NCBI GenBank assembly: GCA_030550585.1
Contig: JAUQPB010000002.1
Location: forward strand, 325,184-389,183
From: Thermoproteota archaeon
Lineage (GTDB): Archaea; Thermoproteota; Thermoprotei_A; Sulfolobales; Ignisphaeraceae
Direction of reading: 5' to 3'
DNA: 64,000 nucleotides
This document shows positions 59,861-64,000 of the stretch, piece by piece. A program made the position numbers and the translations under genes. Position 1 is the stretch's first letter. The number at the start of each line of letters is the position of its first letter. Below the pieces are notes generated by a model that saw only the letters and a list, made by a program, of their open reading frames with translations, was not told the origin of the DNA and ran no database searches.

Positions 59861-60292
59861 GTGGGTCCTCACACAATGCTCTCCAAAGAGGATCTGGAAG
59901 CCTATCTAAAGCTCAGAAACCATGGCAAGCCAGTAACTGTAAGAGGCTTTCAGAGGCTGATGGGGTATAAGAGCCCTGGCAAGGCCCAGAGGGTTCTCGA
60001 CAGACTGGTTAGACTTGGTTTTGCTGAGAGGGTAGGGACGGAGTACAAGGCTAGAGATGATCTACCCCCACAGCTAGCCATGTACACTATTATCAAAGGC
60101 TTTATAGTCCCACGCATACTGGTATACGCAGTATACTCGACAGTGACCGTGGCAGTCTATGCGATTTTGTCGACACCGCCACTATACCTCATCATATTAC
60201 TAACATCAATTGTTGTCCCCTACTGGCTTGAAACAATCAAACTATACAACGCTTTAAACACATTACTAAAGAAAGCAGAGCAGTTCATATAG
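59861..60292 (+). CDS. Winged-HTH protein with two C-terminal TM helices
   Basis: VTVRGFQRLMGYKSPGKAQRVLDRLVRLG followed by two hydrophobic helices. Confidence 0.8.
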   Translation: MGPHTMLSKEDLEAYLKLRNHGKPVTVRGFQRLMGYKSPGKAQRVLDRLVRLGFAERVGTEYKARDDLPPQLAMYTIIKGFIVPRILVYAVYSTVTVAVYAILSTPPLYLIILLTSIVVPYWLETIKLYNALNTLLKKAEQFI

Positions 60293-60519
60293 CGACTACA
60301 GCTCTCAAAGAAGCGATGGAGATCCAGCTGATAGTAGCACGAATTGACGCATAAACTTGTCGTTGTCAAGGATTTTATGTAAAAAGCTTTTGACCACATT
60401 TTATTTCTTGTATAGATTTATAGTTGTTGTGTTTGGTGAATACTCAGCAATGAATATCTCAAATACATATTACACTTTATTAGCAGTAGATGTGAGTTGT
60501 TTTAGAGGATGCAAAGGGC

Positions 60520-60899
60520 ATGGACCTGCCTAGAGAGTGGGTTGAAAAAAGCCGAGGTCTTTATTAGAGAAGCTGAGAGGCACCTTGGCCTAGGCATATA
60601 CTGGCTAGCATGTTTTGAGGCTCAGCAAGCTGCTGAATTATATTTGAAAGCATATACTCAAGCTCACTGCCACGCATCCATATACTCATGATATAGCAGA
60701 GCTTTTTGATGTGCTGAAGAGGCTTGGATAAATGTGCCAGAGGAGCTAGTGGTCTTACGGTGATGCGCTAACACCTCACTATATACTAGCTAGATATCCT
60801 GGAAGAAAGCCGCTCGAGTATAACAAGGATCGTGCCGAGAGGTGTATTAACCAAGCCAAGTCTATAATCAGCTGGGTGCTGAGGCATGGAGACCCCTAG
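60520..60899 (+). pseudogene. HEPN domain gene, multiply frameshifted
   Basis: MDLPREWVEK / ACFEAQQAAELYLKA / HPYTHDI / LTPHYILARYPG in different frames. Confidence 0.88.
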
Positions 60900-61236
60900 A
60901 ATCTACGAGATATACGCTGAGAAGTTAAAGACATACGAAGAGACCTTCAGAGAATTTGTAGAGGTTCTATGCAAAAGCGATAAAGTTGTAGAAGCTTTCC
61001 TGATTGGCTCAAGAGCAAGAGGAGACAACCTCCCCTACAGCGACTACGACATAGTCGTGGTAGTGCCAAACAACATCGATAAACTCTCAGTAGCAGAGGA
61101 GCTACGCAGATTAAGAAGAAAAAGCTTTCCTCTAGATCTAATACCACTTTACAAAGATGAGCTAGATGACCCAATATACAGCGAGATGCTGAGACACACT
61201 AAGAAACTCTGTAATAAAGTAATGGGATATAGCTGA
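60886..61236 (+). CDS. MNT nucleotidyltransferase (antitoxin)
   Basis: LIGSRARGD..SDYDIVVV, LDL. Confidence 0.9.
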   Translation: METPRIYEIYAEKLKTYEETFREFVEVLCKSDKVVEAFLIGSRARGDNLPYSDYDIVVVVPNNIDKLSVAEELRRLRRKSFPLDLIPLYKDELDDPIYSEMLRHTKKLCNKVMGYS

Positions 61237-61392
61237 GTGGTTTTCGGAGTTAATACTATGAATAGTTGCTTTAGCATTATTGTAACGCATTTTTATTCTG
61301 TTAGTAGTCTTTGCATCGATTTTTCATGGCCTCATACAAACCCAAAGTATATTACAAAGCTATGAGAACCGGGCTAATGATTGTACACTGCC

Positions 61393-62226
61393 TCATCTCA
61401 AAATTTTCATTACTAGGTATGCTTGGCTAATGGCTCTCATCACCTTCTTCGAGATCTCTGCCAGTAACCCCCATTCTCTTCTGGGGACAACACCCTCTAT
61501 CAGAAGCTCTAGAGCTTTGAGTTTATCGCCTTCTTCGAGTGTATAAACTATGTTGGATTCTCCATAGCTTAGCTTAACACGATAGATTATCTCATCCCAG
61601 TCCACAACTCTTCTAAATCTTTGATAGGAAACTTCAATGTATTTGAAGATAGCTTCGGGGACATCAACAACCTCTATCAGTCCATAGCAATCCACTGCAG
61701 AATAGAGATCAACATCGATTTTTATGTTGCTAGAAATACCCTCTGTTTTTCGCTTTACTGCTAAGTAGTTGTGTAACCTAGTTTTGTAGTCATCTGCTAA
61801 GTTAGTGTTTTTCAAAATGTTCGTTGCATCTTCTTCGGCTTTGGGATTCAAAATAAAGAATATAAGAGAGCCTATATCCTCTGGCGGATATTTGTAGACA
61901 TTGCCTCTAGTCATGGCTATGAGCTCTTTGCTCTCGGTGTAATAGAATTCGACGGCCTTTCTACTGTGATAACTCACCCAGAGGCTAGAGTATATCAAGC
62001 CGTGGTCTTCAGATCCGCTGATCCTTACCTCAAATAACCCATAGTATTCCCCAGAAAACACAGGTTTGCAATCTTTGCATGGAGAAGATGTTGAGAGAGA
62101 CTTGGTGTCAACAGCCCATATACCCAGCATCATAAGCATTGTTACAGCATCCATTAGAGATTTGGCTATCTCCGAAGCATCGAATCCCCGATATCCATTC
62201 ATCAAAGGTTTGGCAGATGTGTCCAT
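61393..62226 (-). CDS. Hypothetical protein
   Basis: 277-aa ORF; weak similarity to 15151-15924. Confidence 0.7.
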   Translation of the reverse strand: MDTSAKPLMNGYRGFDASEIAKSLMDAVTMLMMLGIWAVDTKSLSTSSPCKDCKPVFSGEYYGLFEVRISGSEDHGLIYSSLWVSYHSRKAVEFYYTESKELIAMTRGNVYKYPPEDIGSLIFFILNPKAEEDATNILKNTNLADDYKTRLHNYLAVKRKTEGISSNIKIDVDLYSAVDCYGLIEVVDVPEAIFKYIEVSYQRFRRVVDWDEIIYRVKLSYGESNIVYTLEEGDKLKALELLIEGVVPRREWGLLAEISKKVMRAISQAYLVMKILR

Positions 62227-62335
62227 GTCGAAACCCTACTCAATGCTGTGACATGTTTTGGCTTGGGCACCACCATCCCTAATTGTGACAAAAGCAAATA
62301 TAAGTTATTGCTTCAATGAGGTATGCGAAAGATGA

Positions 62336-62686
62336 TTAGGAGACAGTGTCCATGCCTATAGATATGCCACTATATTTGCGAAGATAATATTTTGCGTAGT
62401 CTTCTGTTACAATCTCTATATGCACATTGCTACAGATATCTATGTTAGCTCTGTCCATGATTTCAGCCTTTATTCTCCCTATCTCAAGCATTGATTGCGG
62501 TAGTGTTTTACATATAACCAGTATATCTATATCGCTTGCAGGCATGGCCCTACCCTCAGCCCTACTACCAATTAACACAGCTCTGCACCCCATATATTCA
62601 ACAACAGCTCTAATCCTTTCAAAAGCTTCGTGAACATCAACATTACTGCTAGTGAGAAGCCTTACTAGCTTTTCTAGATTCGACAA
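62336..62686 (-). CDS. MNT nucleotidyltransferase
   Basis: LIGSRAEG..SDIDILVI. Confidence 0.88.
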   Translation of the reverse strand: MSNLEKLVRLLTSSNVDVHEAFERIRAVVEYMGCRAVLIGSRAEGRAMPASDIDILVICKTLPQSMLEIGRIKAEIMDRANIDICSNVHIEIVTEDYAKYYLRKYSGISIGMDTVS

Positions 62687-63095
62687 ATTTTATCACCTCC
62701 TCAGCGAATTTAACAAGTTCTTCGGCATCCTCCTTACTAAACTCCTTTGGAAGATACCTCGAGGAGTAGTAGGCATCCTCAAGTGTATGCAATTTATATT
62801 TGTTTGCCTTTATAAACTCTTTGAATTCGTTGCTAGCGCCAAGCAACTCCCCCACAACCTGCAACAACTTTCTAAGATTGTGTGTACGGGGAGTAGCGTC
62901 TGTGTATTCCAAGATAATAGATTTGAGGTAGAGCTGAACAGCCTGCTCAGCATCGAATACCGCACCGTCGTAGTCTCCTGCCTCAAGATCCCTCATAGCT
63001 CTAGTCAATGCATTTCTACTTCTCCTCCTATACAAGTCAACTAGATGTTCATGACTTTCCTCATCGCCAACCTCCACATCGTATTCAGCAAACAT
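62649..63095 (-). CDS. HEPN domain protein
   Basis: FDAEQAVQLYLK, PRTHNL, LEDAYYSSRY. Confidence 0.9.
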   Translation of the reverse strand: MFAEYDVEVGDEESHEHLVDLYRRRSRNALTRAMRDLEAGDYDGAVFDAEQAVQLYLKSIILEYTDATPRTHNLRKLLQVVGELLGASNEFKEFIKANKYKLHTLEDAYYSSRYLPKEFSKEDAEELVKFAEEVIKFVESRKASKASH

Positions 63096-63563
63096 GGTGC
63101 AATCGCCCAACACCACCTTCTAGTTTTGCCAAGTTATGAACTGTTCCAAGACTTAAAAACAATTGTGGGCTCCATGCCCTCAATCTCAATGCTTTTGTAG
63201 TTACAGCTACAACATCTATGGTTGTAACTCATAGAAAAATTGATGACACCTTAACCTGGTGCTTCTAGCAATACTAGCAATAAAGCATAGCATTAATGTG
63301 AACCTCTACTTCTTAAACAGTCTTAAATGTGGTTTTAGCATCCTTGCTACGAGCAAGATATACAAATGGAATTATTGTAGTGAGATGAACTAACTGGAAA
63401 CATATAACCAATGCTATCCCATTTATTGAAAGACCTTGTAGCCCAAATTATCCCTCATCCCATACTGAGCCATGCTTTTCCGCAGTTGCTGACAAGCAAA
63501 ATGCTTATTTTTCTAAGAAGCCAACCCATTTTATAAGCTGTGGGGTTTGTTGGGCTGTGCTAG

Positions 63564-64000
63564 ATGGTGGCAACATCAACTACTAGTAACAGTAGCCTCA
63601 AGAGCGAATTTCTCAGGCTTTTGAAAGAGGATGAGGAGTTTAGATATGCTGTTGCCGGTCTTATTGGCTTTGGGGAGGTTTTGAAGAGGCTTGATAGGCA
63701 TGAGGAGGAGTTGAAGAGGCTTAGAGAAGACTTCTTAATATTTGTCAAGGAGCAGGAGAAGAGATGGGAGGAGAACAACAGGAGGTGGGAAGAGGCATAC
63801 AAGAGGTTCGAAGCTATTGAGAATGAGTTGAAGGCTCTTAGAGAAGATTTTAATAGGCTTCATGAGAGTGTTGCGATGAAAATGAATTCTTTTGAGAGGA
63901 AGCTCATGGCGTTGGGCGCTAGATGGGGTATAGAGTCTGAGGAGGCTTTTAGAGAGGGTATGAGGGGTATTGTTGAAAAGATTTTGGGTGTTGCAAGAAC
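63564..64000 (+). CDS. Coiled-coil DUF3782-like protein, 3'-truncated by window edge (not in the ORF track)
   Basis: Open from ATG 63564 to the end: LLKEDEEFRYAVAGL, RWEE heptads, ALGARWGIESEEAFREG. Confidence 0.85.
   Translation, partial: MVATSTTSNSSLKSEFLRLLKEDEEFRYAVAGLIGFGEVLKRLDRHEEELKRLREDFLIFVKEQEKRWEENNRRWEEAYKRFEAIENELKALREDFNRLHESVAMKMNSFERKLMALGARWGIESEEAFREGMRGIVEKILGVAR
63605..63857 (+). repeat. Dispersed near-identical copy of ~6894-7146
   Basis: Long shared runs such as GGCTTTGGGGAGGTTTTGAAGAGGCTTGATAGGCATGAGGAGGAGTTGAAGA. Confidence 0.9.

Noticed and set aside
1237-63802. The many 60-190 aa antisense or overlapping ORFs in the track (e.g. 10155-10679, 19132-19674, 44158-44688, 55806-56381, 62652-63044)
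   Set aside because: They lie opposite well-supported genes and have the Ser/Ile/Leu-rich composition of shadow frames
1-64000. CRISPR array, cas genes, tRNA or rRNA genes
   Set aside because: No regularly spaced 24-40 bp repeats, cloverleaf with T-loop, or long GC-rich rRNA-like tract was seen by eye

Overview
Archaeal chromosomal DNA. GGTG(A) Shine-Dalgarno motifs, TATA/BRE promoters, C/D and H/ACA guide RNAs, pantoate kinase and nadX point to a hyperthermophilic crenarchaeote (Desulfurococcales-like; the taxon is an inference). The left two-thirds is mostly housekeeping and metabolism: an ECF transporter with pantoate kinase, amidohydrolase, NurA-like nuclease, feoB/feoA, pyk, Hsp20, SppA, nadA-nadC-nadX, ridA, thrB, a KaiC-like ATPase, and ABC, ZIP and CDF transporters. 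The right third is accessory. Main highlight: a compact 6.8-kb cluster of five class III signal-peptide (type IV pilin-like) genes at 45093-51842. It consists of two paralogous families (2+3); the three large members share an uncharacterised, probably Ca-binding C-terminal domain, and two of them carry recent 15-bp loop duplications. Other highlights: a stand-alone CARF-like/PIN fusion next to a coiled-coil PD-(D/E)XK nuclease; a second such nuclease gene sharing a near-identical 5' half; four C/D box sRNAs and one H/ACA sRNA predicted to target 23S helix 69; apparently non-canonical CTG/ACG start codons; and six toxin-antitoxin modules, four of them decayed. No CRISPR array, tRNA or rRNA was seen. 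Everything was read by eye and no database searches were run.
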